Shown here: piece after piece, positions 49,947-59,476 of the stretch
How positions within the stretch are numbered: position 1 is the first letter of the stretch
How the letters are laid out: each line of letters begins with the position of its first letter
Origin: Clostridia bacterium
GTDB taxonomy: Bacteria > Bacillota > Clostridia > JAAYHZ01
NCBI GenBank assembly: GCA_050950825.1
Contig: JBMNIH010000004.1
Location: 480,001-544,000, forward strand
Length of the DNA stretch: 64,000 nucleotides
Direction of reading: 5' to 3'
The notes under the pieces: model-generated
Told to the model about the DNA's origin: nothing
The model's input: the letters and a program-made list of their open reading frames with translations, nothing else
Database searches by the model: none
Position numbers and translations under genes: made by a program

Positions 49947-50982
49947 TTAAAGAACGATTTCGTTCCTTTCGTCGGTGTTTCTTATAAAATCAAAAACCCG
50001 GCTCTGCTTTATACTCTTCAACCGATCCTTGTAGCTTTCTTCAAAGTTTCGTGAAAAACCTTCCTTCGAGTAAGTACCTGTATCGGCAAACATGGACGTA
50101 TATTGGCCGGGCTTCATATTGTCCGGTGCATTCGCATGCTTGCAGGCTTTTTAAGAGCGAAAATTGTTTTTTCTTTATTCTGCAATTTTCCGTATTCTTT
50201 GGCGATTTCCGTCCAAATCCGAAAGGGGTCCGCATGCTCGTATCCGTAATTTTCGTCATCCAAAAACAGAAGATACATTTTTTCTAACGTTTCGTATGCA
50301 AAGATCCGTTGTTCCGTCGTATAGTCTTTTGACATCATCATCCAATTAACGGAATGATTAATTAATACGATATAGTTAAAAATATTCTCTTGGGCAAACT
50401 TCCGCAATTCTTCACCTTCCAATACGTATTCTAATGTTGCGTTTTGTGTGCACCGGCAATTCGGTAATTTTTTGGCGTATTCGATTGTCTTCTCTTTATT
50501 ATTCTTGCGTGAATACGCATAAACAAGAGTTTCAATCGTTTTGTAGCGCTGCTCGTCATCGGTGCTTCTTTCCAAGATTCGAAGCACGATGTCAATGCAC
50601 TCGTCAAGATTTTCTTCTTTACCGTGTTTTTCGAATAGCAAAGCGTGGCAAAGTGCCGACATCAGGTCCAAGTTATAGGGAAATTCTTTTAACGCATCCC
50701 TCATTAACGCGATATTTCCTTCGATGCTGTTCTTTTTATATCGCTCCATATACGCATCTATCTTTTTTCTTTGCTCCATTTGGTCACAGCCTAAAAGCTC
50801 GTCAACGGTTTTTCCGTAATAGATGCTGTAGCCGGCAGCAAAGCGATATCGGGGTTCCTTTCGCCTCGTTCCCACTTTGATACGGCTTGTACGGATATAT
50901 TCAAATGATTTGCCAAATCCTCTTGGGTATTTCCTTTCTCCTTACGAAACTTACGCAAATTCTCGGCGATCTTGATATCCGT
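49947..50982 (-). pseudogene. XRE-family HTH regulator with helical C-terminal domain, disrupted
   Basis: DIKIAENLRKFRKEKGNTQEDLANHLNISVQAVSKWERG in a frame lacking ATG (ACG at 50982); -1 shifts at about 50823 and in the T5 run 50148-50152; reading resumes to TAA at 49947. Confidence 0.78.
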
Positions 50983-51220
50983 TTTTCACCGCTCGCTTAA
51001 AAACAGTAACAAGCGCTTGTTCTATAAATATTCTAACAAATACATTTGCTTTTCCAAGAACCTTACAGGTCATATCTTGTAGAAAAAATCAACCGTCGGG
51101 TTAATAAAAAAACTGCACGGCAGGCCGACCTGTCATGCAGTTTGCGATATGATTGATACGTTTGACGGGAGTCAGGAAAAATCAGTGGTTTTTTGGGAAA
51201 CCGTGTAAAGGAGAAAACAT

Positions 51221-51493
51221 CTATTTATCAAATACTGCGTTGATTACAATGGAACCGATAAAACCAAAGGCAATCACTTGGCCGCTGACCTCCAATGCGC
51301 TTTGGCATAAGAAAAGAAGATCGGGGTTGGGTGTTGATTTGGCAAACACGGCAATGCCGGCTATGGAAGGCACTGCAAGGAGTAAAAATAGACTTATGGC
51401 AACTTTTAAAATTGATTTTGAGACTTTACCCATGTTCATGAAGGACGTTTTAACCTCCATGACCGCTTTTTTTATATTCTCTTTATTCATCAT
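51221..51493 (-). CDS. Small two-TM hypothetical membrane protein
   Basis: GAGGGG RBS before ATG 51493; two hydrophobic segments; downstream terminator at about 51106-51143. Confidence 0.55.
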   Translation of the reverse strand: MMNKENIKKAVMEVKTSFMNMGKVSKSILKVAISLFLLLAVPSIAGIAVFAKSTPNPDLLFLCQSALEVSGQVIAFGFIGSIVINAVFDK

Positions 51494-51807
51494 TTCAACC
51501 CCTCTCATTACATTAAAATAAAAGTAAAATAACATGTTTCCATGATACCGGCGGAATTTCCGAATTTCAATGCAAAATGTTTGGTACTGCTGCCATTTCG
51601 TACCCGGCGAAATCCCGTAAGCAGGGGGGAGGACCCCTTGAAAAAGCAAAAAAAGCTTAAATTAATACATGTATGCAATTATACATGAAAGACTTGTACT
51701 CAAAATTATTAAATTGTATAATATACCTGCCGTAAAGTATGAAATTTTTATTTCATGATACAGTATAATTAAATTCGGTTGATTATTTTATATGGGGGTA
51801 CTTATAA

Positions 51808-53067
51808 ATGAACAAACAATACAATCCGTACGAAGACATGCTCGAAGTACTGGATGAAGCTGCGAAATTGTTAGGATACGATGAACACGACTATATTACC
51901 GTTAAATATCCTGAAAGAGAATTGAAAGTGTCAATTCCCGTGAAAATGGATGACGGCACCATACAAGTATTCGAAGGTTATCGAGTACAGCATTCGGGTT
52001 TAAGAGGACCTTACAAAGGCGGTATCCGTTACCATGAACACGTTGATATGGATGAAACAAAAGCTTTGGCGGCTTGGATGACATTAAAATGCGCTGTGGC
52101 CAATGTTCCTTACGGCGGAGCGAAGGGTGCCGTAAGAGTGGATCCGTCGAAATTATCTCGTGGTGAATTGGAAAGATTGACCCGTGCATATACGGCTGCC
52201 ATCATGCCGATATTAGGACCGGAAATTGATATTCCCGCACCGGACGTAAACACCAACGCGGAAATCATGGGCTGGATCATGGACACCTACAGCAAATCGA
52301 AGGGTTACTCGGTACCGGGCGTTGTAACCGGAAAGCCCGTTGAATTAGGCGGATCCTTAGGAAGAGCAGCCGCTACCGGCCGCGGCGTTATGTATACCGC
52401 CCGCAATCTTATGAATGTTTTAGGCATGAAGCCGGAAGAAACAAAAGTAGCGGTCCAAGGTATGGGTAATGTGGGTGCGACATCCGCTTTATTAATGCAT
52501 CAATTAGGATGCAAGGTTGTCGCCGTAAGTGACGTTTCCGGCGGTATCATTTGCGAAGACGGATTGGATATTCCCGCAATCGTTGAGTTTATTAACCATA
52601 AAAGACGCTTGCTGAAGGATTATAAAAACGATAAGGTTCGTTTCATATCCAATGAAGAGGTCTTAACGGCCGATGTGGATATGTTGATTCCTGCGGCATT
52701 ACAGAACCAAATAACGGAACCCATTGCAAGAAAATTAAAGGCAAAGGTGATCGTAGAAGGTGCAAACGGTCCCACCACGGCGGATGCGGACAAGATCCTC
52801 AACGAAAGAGGAATCATTGCGGCTCCGGATATTTTGGCGAATGCCGGCGGCGTTATCGTTTCCTACTTTGAATGGGTACAAAACATTCAAAATCTCTACT
52901 GGGACGAAGATGAAGTTAACAGAAACTTGGAAAGAATCATGAACCGTGCTTTCGAAGAAGTGTATGCATTAAGCCAAGAAAAGAAGGTTTCCTTAAGACT
53001 GGCTGCAAACATGATTGCACTGAAGAGAATCGTAGCCGTACAAAAAATCAGAGGAATCTTTCCCTAA
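51808..53067 (+). CDS. gdhA: Glutamate dehydrogenase (Glu/Leu/Phe/Val family)
   Basis: GPYKGGIRY, GGAKG, DIPAPDV, VTGKP, ATGRGV, EGANGP, NAGGVIVSYFEW. Confidence 0.95.
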   Translation: MNKQYNPYEDMLEVLDEAAKLLGYDEHDYITVKYPERELKVSIPVKMDDGTIQVFEGYRVQHSGLRGPYKGGIRYHEHVDMDETKALAAWMTLKCAVANVPYGGAKGAVRVDPSKLSRGELERLTRAYTAAIMPILGPEIDIPAPDVNTNAEIMGWIMDTYSKSKGYSVPGVVTGKPVELGGSLGRAAATGRGVMYTARNLMNVLGMKPEETKVAVQGMGNVGATSALLMHQLGCKVVAVSDVSGGIICEDGLDIPAIVEFINHKRRLLKDYKNDKVRFISNEEVLTADVDMLIPAALQNQITEPIARKLKAKVIVEGANGPTTADADKILNERGIIAAPDILANAGGVIVSYFEWVQNIQNLYWDEDEVNRNLERIMNRAFEEVYALSQEKKVSLRLAANMIALKRIVAVQKIRGIFP

Positions 53068-53205
53068 TTCGGCTCAACCGGTTCGAAAAAATAACAATTA
53101 AGCAATTATTCGAAACAAAAGAGGTGTGGAATGCACCTCTTTTTTTACACCAAATTCCTGTTTATGCTATAATGGAGAAAAGCATTTTACGGGAGCGACA
53201 AAGAT

Positions 53206-53850
53206 ATGGACCAAGTAAAGAGAGTCATTGTGTCAATGTTAGGTAATGTGCCGGAGCTTTCTCCTTTGGTCGACGGCACTGTTTTATGTGCACAAATGAT
53301 CATCGATTGTTATAACAAAGGAAAAAAGGTTTTGTTATGCGGTAACGGCGGCAGCAGCGCCGACTGCGATCACATTGTCGGCGAATTAATGAAGGGCTTT
53401 ATGAAAAAAAGACCTTTGACAAAAGAGCAGGAGGATTTGTTAAAGGATCGATTCAAGGACCAATGGGAGAATGTCAAAGGGAAGCTGCAGCAAGGTCTTC
53501 CGGCGATTTCATTATGCGTCCACCACGGCCTTATAACCGCCTTTTGCAACGACGTGGATCCGGATTTGGTTTACGCCCAACAGGTTTTAGGATACGGAAA
53601 TGAGGAGGATGTTTTAATCGCCTTAAGCACCTCCGGAAATTCCGTAAACGTAGTCAACGCCGTGAAAACCGCAAAAGCGTTCGGATTAAAGGTTATCGGG
53701 TTTACGGGACGATCCGGAGGCATGCTAAAAGAGCTTTGCGATTTGTGCCTTTGTGCGCCTGCCGACGATACGTATCGAGTACAGGAATATCATCTGTCGA
53801 TCTACCACGCCGTGTGTGCGGCCGTAGAAGCGTACTTTTTTGAAAAATAA
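53206..53850 (+). CDS. GmhA-like SIS domain phosphosugar isomerase
   Basis: CGNGGS.AD..H...EL, ND, STSGNS.N, FTG..GG, QEYH...H..C. Confidence 0.85.
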   Translation: MDQVKRVIVSMLGNVPELSPLVDGTVLCAQMIIDCYNKGKKVLLCGNGGSSADCDHIVGELMKGFMKKRPLTKEQEDLLKDRFKDQWENVKGKLQQGLPAISLCVHHGLITAFCNDVDPDLVYAQQVLGYGNEEDVLIALSTSGNSVNVVNAVKTAKAFGLKVIGFTGRSGGMLKELCDLCLCAPADDTYRVQEYHLSIYHAVCAAVEAYFFEK

Positions 53851-53869
53851 ATCGAAAGAGGTGTAATCA

Positions 53870-54823
53870 TTGAAAATAGATTTTGGCAAGATTAAAACCT
53901 ATTCCATAAAGGATAGAAAGAACTTGGTGACATACGATAACTTAAAAGATCCGGAAAAGTATATTCCCGACCCGTGGGAGAACCCCGATTTTGATCTTTT
54001 AATCGATAAAATCACGGAAGCAAGAAAGAAAAAACGCCCCGTTATCATGTTCATGGGTGCCCATGTCATTAAAAACGGTTTGTCCAAATACATCATATCT
54101 TTGGTGAATAAAGGCTATGTAACCCATTTGGCCGGAAACGGCGCTACAAGCATCCACGATTTTGAATTGGCCTTGATCGGAGGGACGTCGGAGGATGTGC
54201 CTACCGCCATTAAGGACGGCTCTTTCGGTATGTGGGAGGAAACCGGAAGGATGATGAACGAAGCCATACAACAAGGAGCGAAAAAAGGCTTAGGCTACGG
54301 GCAAAGCCTGTACCGTTACGTTCAAGAAAACGAGGAGCGCTTCTTGTATAAAGACATTTGCGTGTTTTACCAAGCACAAAAAGCGGGCATCCCGGTAACG
54401 TATCACGTTACTATCGGCACGGATATTATTCATCAGCACCCCATTGCGGATTTCGGAGCCATCGGTAAAGCCACCGGAGAGGACTTCAAGCTCTTCTGCG
54501 AATCCGTAGCCGATCTGGACAACGGCGTTTTCTTAAACTTCGGTTCCGCCGTAACCGGCGCGGAAGTCTTTTTAAAAGCCTTATCCATATCCCGAAATTT
54601 AGGATATCCTACCTATCGGATTACAACGGCCAATTTCGACTTGATCGACTTGGGAGATTATCGAAGCCGAGTCGGATATGACAATCCCCATTATTATTAT
54701 CGACCTCTAAAAAATATTGTTACAAGACCGGTTAGCGACGGCGGCACGGGATGGCATTTTTGCGTGGATCATAATATTTCCATTCCGAAAATGTATCATG
54801 CTTTAACCGCAAGAGAAAAATAA
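53870..54823 (+). CDS. Uncharacterised protein with deoxyhypusine-synthase-like NAD-binding region
   Basis: PVIMFMGAHVIKNGL..YIISLV.KGYVTHLAGNGA.SIHDFE parallels the DHS N-terminal fold; GTDIIH and NFGSAVT.AEVFLKA conserved-looking blocks; no SWGK catalytic Lys motif. Confidence 0.6.
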   Translation: MKIDFGKIKTYSIKDRKNLVTYDNLKDPEKYIPDPWENPDFDLLIDKITEARKKKRPVIMFMGAHVIKNGLSKYIISLVNKGYVTHLAGNGATSIHDFELALIGGTSEDVPTAIKDGSFGMWEETGRMMNEAIQQGAKKGLGYGQSLYRYVQENEERFLYKDICVFYQAQKAGIPVTYHVTIGTDIIHQHPIADFGAIGKATGEDFKLFCESVADLDNGVFLNFGSAVTGAEVFLKALSISRNLGYPTYRITTANFDLIDLGDYRSRVGYDNPHYYYRPLKNIVTRPVSDGGTGWHFCVDHNISIPKMYHALTAREK

Positions 54824-54879
54824 AGGGTACAGGAGCGTTTGTATAAACGAAAGATTATCGAATTTTCCGGAGAAGAGCT

Positions 54880-55833
54880 ATGAAACTTTTATCACTGATC
54901 ATACCTGCATACAACGAAGAAGACAATGTAGAGCACTGTTACGAGGTACTGTCGGAATTAATGAACAAAAATTCCATCCGGCATGAGTTTGTATTTATCG
55001 ACGATGGTTCCGCGGATTCCACGTGGAATATCATACAAAGAATGGCGGAAGAAAAGGACAATGTGACGGCGCTGAAATTCAGCAAAAATTTCGGCAAAGA
55101 GAGTGCCATCTATGCCGGCTTAAAAAATTGCACCGGAGACTGCTGCATTGTAATGGACTGCGACCTGCAGCATCCCCCGGAGACCGCCGTTGAAATGTAT
55201 CGCATATGGGAGACCGGAGAATACCAAGTCGTAGAGGGGAGAAAAGAGAGCAGGGGAAAGGAAAGCTTTTTGTACAAAATCTTTGCCAATGCATTTTACT
55301 CCTTGCTGAAATCCTCCGCAGGAATCGATTTGCACGGCATGTCCGACTTTAAGCTGTTGGACAGGCAGGTAATTGACGTATTAACGGAAATGCCCGAAAA
55401 GCAAACCTTTTTCAGGGCCATGCCGGGTTGGACAGGCTTTAATACGACATCCGTATATTACAAGGTGGCTCCGCGATACAAAGGAATCTCCAAATGGTCG
55501 AAGAGGAAACTATTCAAATTCGCCCTTAACAACATCTCCAATTTCTCATCCATGCCCATGCAAATTGTCACCGTTTTCGGGGTCATATTCTTTATCTTTG
55601 CCGTTATATTAGGAGCGCAGACATTAATTCGAAAATTGATGGGTAGATCGGCGGAAGGCTTTTCTACGGTCATTCTCCTGTTATTAATGATCGGAAGCAT
55701 TATCATGTTCAGTTTGGGGATCATCGGATTCTACATCGCCAAGATTTACGAAGAAGTCAAGAACAGACCGAAATACATCATTTCCCGGCGTGTTGACAAG
55801 AAGAAGTCGGAAGGGAGCGTCGACGGAAAATGA
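54880..55833 (+). CDS. GT2 undecaprenyl-phosphate glycosyltransferase (GtrB/CsbB/YkoT type)
   Basis: IIPAYNEE, IDDGSADST, NFGKESA, MDCDLQHPP, SDFKLLDR, two C-terminal TMs, RPKY. Confidence 0.92.
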   Translation: MKLLSLIIPAYNEEDNVEHCYEVLSELMNKNSIRHEFVFIDDGSADSTWNIIQRMAEEKDNVTALKFSKNFGKESAIYAGLKNCTGDCCIVMDCDLQHPPETAVEMYRIWETGEYQVVEGRKESRGKESFLYKIFANAFYSLLKSSAGIDLHGMSDFKLLDRQVIDVLTEMPEKQTFFRAMPGWTGFNTTSVYYKVAPRYKGISKWSKRKLFKFALNNISNFSSMPMQIVTVFGVIFFIFAVILGAQTLIRKLMGRSAEGFSTVILLLLMIGSIIMFSLGIIGFYIAKIYEEVKNRPKYIISRRVDKKKSEGSVDGK

Positions 55834-58553
55834 AAAAACAAGGGTTCAAGGATTTGTTTGTCACCACGTTGAAAAACAATTATCACTATTTCGGCGCATT
55901 TTTCTTACCGATTTTGCTGTTCGGCATTGCCTATGCGTGGTTCGGTATTTATCCCTTCGGGGGAAGGTCGGTTTTGGTTTTGGATATGTACGGCCAATAC
56001 ATGGACTACTTCCAAAACTTTCGAAGCACCATATTAGGCGATAAAAGCTTCTTGTATTCTTGGGGCAGAAATTTAGGGGGAGAGATGATGGGGCTTACCG
56101 CCTATTACGTATCAAGCCCGTTTTCCCTCATTACCGTACTGTTTCCGGCAAAAAACATTTTGGAAGCGGTTTTGTTAATGGAGTTTCTTAAAATGGGTTC
56201 CATGGGGCTTACCATGTCCTACTACTTGAGAAAATCCAAGAATGCAAGCAAGTTTGCATCCCTTCTTTTTTCATTGCTTTATGCCATGTCCGCGTATCCC
56301 GTGGTCCAAATGATGAACATCATGTGGATGGACAGCTTGATATTATTGCCGTTGATTACGTTAGGCGTAGAAAGAATTGTTCGAGAAGACAAGTATAAGC
56401 TGTATTTAATGTGTCTTCCGGTGTTATGCATCGCCAATTTCTATACGGCGTACATGACGGGGCTGTTTTCCTTCTTCTATTTCTTCTACTACTACGTTTA
56501 CGTTTACGGTTTTAAAGACTTTAAGCGCTTCGTTAAAAAGACGTTCCTTTACGGTGTTTGCTCGGTGATCGGCATCGGCTGCAGCATGTTCTTAATCATT
56601 CCCACTTACTACGGCATGAAAATGGGAAAGCTGGATTTTAATAAAACGGACCTTACCTTTAAATCCACCTTCGATTTGTTTGATTTGTTTGCCGCCATGA
56701 TGCCCGGTGCTTACGACACCGTCCGAAACGAAGGAATGCCCTTTATTTACGGCGGGATGATTCTTTGGATTATGCTTCCTGCGTACTTTTTAAACAAGAA
56801 GATAAGCACAAGGCATCGAGCGCTGTCCATGGCTATGCTGTGGTTTATAACCTTGAGCATGGCCATCAATACCTTGGATATCGCTTGGCACATATTCAAA
56901 ATGACCAATTGGCTTCCTTATCGGTACTCGTTCTTGTTTACGTTTTTTGTAGTGGTTTTATGCTGCGAAGCGTTTATAAATCTGAAAGCGATAACGAAAG
57001 AAAACTTGCTGAAGTTTTACGGAGTATCGGTGCTTATAATCCTTTTGGTCCAAAAATTCGGCTATGACTTTATTACCGCAGAGGAAAACGTTTGGCTTGC
57101 TTTGGTTTGCATTTCCTTCGTTACGCTATTGGTTTATGTATTCAAAACCGGAAAGCAGCGCCAATTGACGGCTCTTGCTTTGCTTATGTTCATATCGACG
57201 GAATTGACCGTGAATGCCTGCGAGCTGATATACGACTTGCACATGGACGTAGTTTATAGCACCCGGGCAAGCTATGTGGATTTCTTTAAAGAAACAAAGC
57301 CGGTTGTGGATGCGGTTCAAGAATACGACACCGGTTTCTACAGAATGGGCACCACCTTCCGACGGACGACAAACGACCCCTTGTCTTTGGGATACAAGGG
57401 TTTGGCTCATTCCAGCTCTACTTTGAACTTAAAGATTTTGGATTTTATTAAGGTGATGGGAATCAGTATGAGAGGCCATTGGGCGAGATACTATGGGACT
57501 ACCATTCTCAGCGATTCTTTATTGGGATTCAAGTACGTGCTTTCGAAAAATTACATGCCTTTTCCTTACTACAAAAAATTGGATTTAATCGAAAGCCCCA
57601 TCACGATTTATGAAAATCCCTACGCACTGCCTATAGCATTCGGCGCCCACGAGCGGGTAGACAAAGTGTATTTATACGGAGACGACCCGCTTCGCCAGCA
57701 GAACAAGCTTTTAAGCGGCATCATCGGAGATTATATGTACGTGGAGTATTTTAAAAAGGTGGAGCCGGTGGAAAAGCTTACGGAAAACTTGTCTACCCAA
57801 ACCCTGCAATCCGGCCATGTTTACTACAAAAAGCTGGATAAGAACCGAAAGGCTACGGTGGAATTCTTGCTAAAGGGCGTGAAAGGATACAACCTGTATG
57901 CCTTTTTCCCCACGAATTATGAAAGAGAAGTGGATTTGAAGTTAAACGGAGAAGAATTCGGTGAATACTTTAGCAACGACTACTACGCGATATTGAATTT
58001 AGGTGCGTTCCCCGACGGCGAAACGGTGTCTTTGGAAATGACCCTAAAAGATGAAGAATTGTATTACAAAAGCGCGAACTTTTATTACTTGGATATGGAA
58101 GCGTTTGAAGAAGCCGTCGAAGAGCTGAAAAAGAACGGACTTCAAATTACGTACCACAGCGAAACGGAAATCAAGGGTTATGTGAATCTGGACGAGGATA
58201 AATCCTTTTTGTTCACCACCATTCCTTACGAAGAAGGCTGGCATGTAAAGGTAGACGGCAAGGAAACGGAAACGGTGGAATTGGCGGACGCTCTATTAGG
58301 CATACCCATAACCCCGGGAGAGCATACCGTCGAAATGAAATTTATACCCTCGGGATTCGTTTTAGGCAGCGGCATATCCGGCGTTTGCTTCGTGTTACTG
58401 GTTCTTTTGGCGGTATATAAGCCGAAAAAAAGAAAGAAACCGGAGCCTGCCGAAGAAGTGAAAGAGATTTCCCAAACGGAAAACCAAGAGAATGAAAGAA
58501 CGACGGATTCTTCCGAAGAAAACGGGAGGGAAATAAGGGAGGAAACTTCTTAA
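55830..58553 (+). CDS. YfhO family GT-C polytopic membrane glycosyltransferase
   Basis: GIYPFG...LD.Y.QY, YSW...LGG, YY.SSPF, many TMs, RYSF, FYR, YENPYALP, TTIPYEEGW..KVDG, G.H.VEMKF.P.G. Confidence 0.9.
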   Translation: MKKQGFKDLFVTTLKNNYHYFGAFFLPILLFGIAYAWFGIYPFGGRSVLVLDMYGQYMDYFQNFRSTILGDKSFLYSWGRNLGGEMMGLTAYYVSSPFSLITVLFPAKNILEAVLLMEFLKMGSMGLTMSYYLRKSKNASKFASLLFSLLYAMSAYPVVQMMNIMWMDSLILLPLITLGVERIVREDKYKLYLMCLPVLCIANFYTAYMTGLFSFFYFFYYYVYVYGFKDFKRFVKKTFLYGVCSVIGIGCSMFLIIPTYYGMKMGKLDFNKTDLTFKSTFDLFDLFAAMMPGAYDTVRNEGMPFIYGGMILWIMLPAYFLNKKISTRHRALSMAMLWFITLSMAINTLDIAWHIFKMTNWLPYRYSFLFTFFVVVLCCEAFINLKAITKENLLKFYGVSVLIILLVQKFGYDFITAEENVWLALVCISFVTLLVYVFKTGKQRQLTALALLMFISTELTVNACELIYDLHMDVVYSTRASYVDFFKETKPVVDAVQEYDTGFYRMGTTFRRTTNDPLSLGYKGLAHSSSTLNLKILDFIKVMGISMRGHWARYYGTTILSDSLLGFKYVLSKNYMPFPYYKKLDLIESPITIYENPYALPIAFGAHERVDKVYLYGDDPLRQQNKLLSGIIGDYMYVEYFKKVEPVEKLTENLSTQTLQSGHVYYKKLDKNRKATVEFLLKGVKGYNLYAFFPTNYEREVDLKLNGEEFGEYFSNDYYAILNLGAFPDGETVSLEMTLKDEELYYKSANFYYLDMEAFEEAVEELKKNGLQITYHSETEIKGYVNLDEDKSFLFTTIPYEEGWHVKVDGKETETVELADALLGIPITPGEHTVEMKFIPSGFVLGSGISGVCFVLLVLLAVYKPKKRKKPEPAEEVKEISQTENQENERTTDSSEENGREIREETS

Positions 58554-58563
58554 AAACCCTTCA

Positions 58564-58600
58564 TTGACGGAAATCTTTCAGTATGTTATAATTTTCACAT
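58564..58600 (+). promoter_or_regulatory. rex promoter with overlapping Rex-like operator
   Basis: TTGACG-17 nt-TATAAT; ATGTTATAATTTTCACAT (58583-58600) is a degenerate Rex palindrome over the -10. Confidence 0.5.
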
Positions 58601-58640
58601 ACTAGTGCTTAATTTTGGTTAAGTGGATGGGAGTTTAAAA

Positions 58641-59282
58641 ATGAGTAATGATAACAAGAAAATTTCGCTGGCGGTTGTAAGACGACTGCCCAGATACTAC
58701 CGATATTTGTATGATTTGCTGCAAAGCGGCGTTACCCGAATATCTTCGAGAGAATTAAGCGAAAAAATGGGAGTTACGGCTTCCCAAATTCGACAAGACT
58801 TAAATTGCTTCGGAGGCTTCGGCCAGCAGGGCTACGGCTACAACGTGCAAAATCTGTTTAACGAAATCAGCAAGATTTTAGGAACGGACCATCGTTTTAA
58901 TGTAATTATTATCGGATTGGGAAATATGGGCCACGCTTTGGCGAATTACGAAAACTTCAAAAAAAGAGGCTTCGATATTATCGGAATCTTCGATATAAAG
59001 CCGGAGTTGATCGGGACGACGGTGAACAATATCAAAGTCATGCATATGGACGAGTTGGACGAGTTTGTCAAAAACAACCGAGTGGATATCGGCATTCTTT
59101 CCGTGCCCTATGGACAAACGCCGGCTATCGCCGATCGATTGGGACGGTTAGGAGTGAAAGGTTTGTGGAACTTTTCACCGATGGATTTGAAGCTTCCCTA
59201 TGACATCGAAATCGAAAACGTGCACTTAAGCGACAGTCTTATGGTTTTAGGATATAAAATCGATAGCAAAATGAAAAAATAA
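58641..59282 (+). CDS. rex: Redox-sensing transcriptional repressor Rex
   Basis: RRLPRYYR, ISS.EL, QIRQDLNCFG.FG.QGYGY, IGLGNMG.AL, WNF.P. Confidence 0.96.
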   Translation: MSNDNKKISLAVVRRLPRYYRYLYDLLQSGVTRISSRELSEKMGVTASQIRQDLNCFGGFGQQGYGYNVQNLFNEISKILGTDHRFNVIIIGLGNMGHALANYENFKKRGFDIIGIFDIKPELIGTTVNNIKVMHMDELDEFVKNNRVDIGILSVPYGQTPAIADRLGRLGVKGLWNFSPMDLKLPYDIEIENVHLSDSLMVLGYKIDSKMKK

Positions 59283-59476
59283 GATTGAAACCCGGTTTCT
59301 TTGCTGTTATAATCAATATGTTTTAATTAGCTTGATTTTGTGCAATAATCTTTGCGTAACAATCTTTTTTAAACATTTACTGCGTTTATCGGTTAATTGT
59401 TAAATTAATCTACATAATTTAGCAATTGATTTTTTAAGAATATTTCAGAGCAAATTAACCTTACAGGAGGATTATA

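Noticed and set aside
51494-51649. N-terminal 51 codons of the 142-aa ORF 51221-51649
   Set aside because: A clear RBS precedes ATG 51493; the upstream part looks like promoter/intergenic sequence.
59397-59427. Rex half-sites (TTGTTAA, TTAGCAA) upstream of the EF-G paralogue
   Set aside because: Half-site spacing is far greater than the 4 nt required; better explained as an RNA hairpin.
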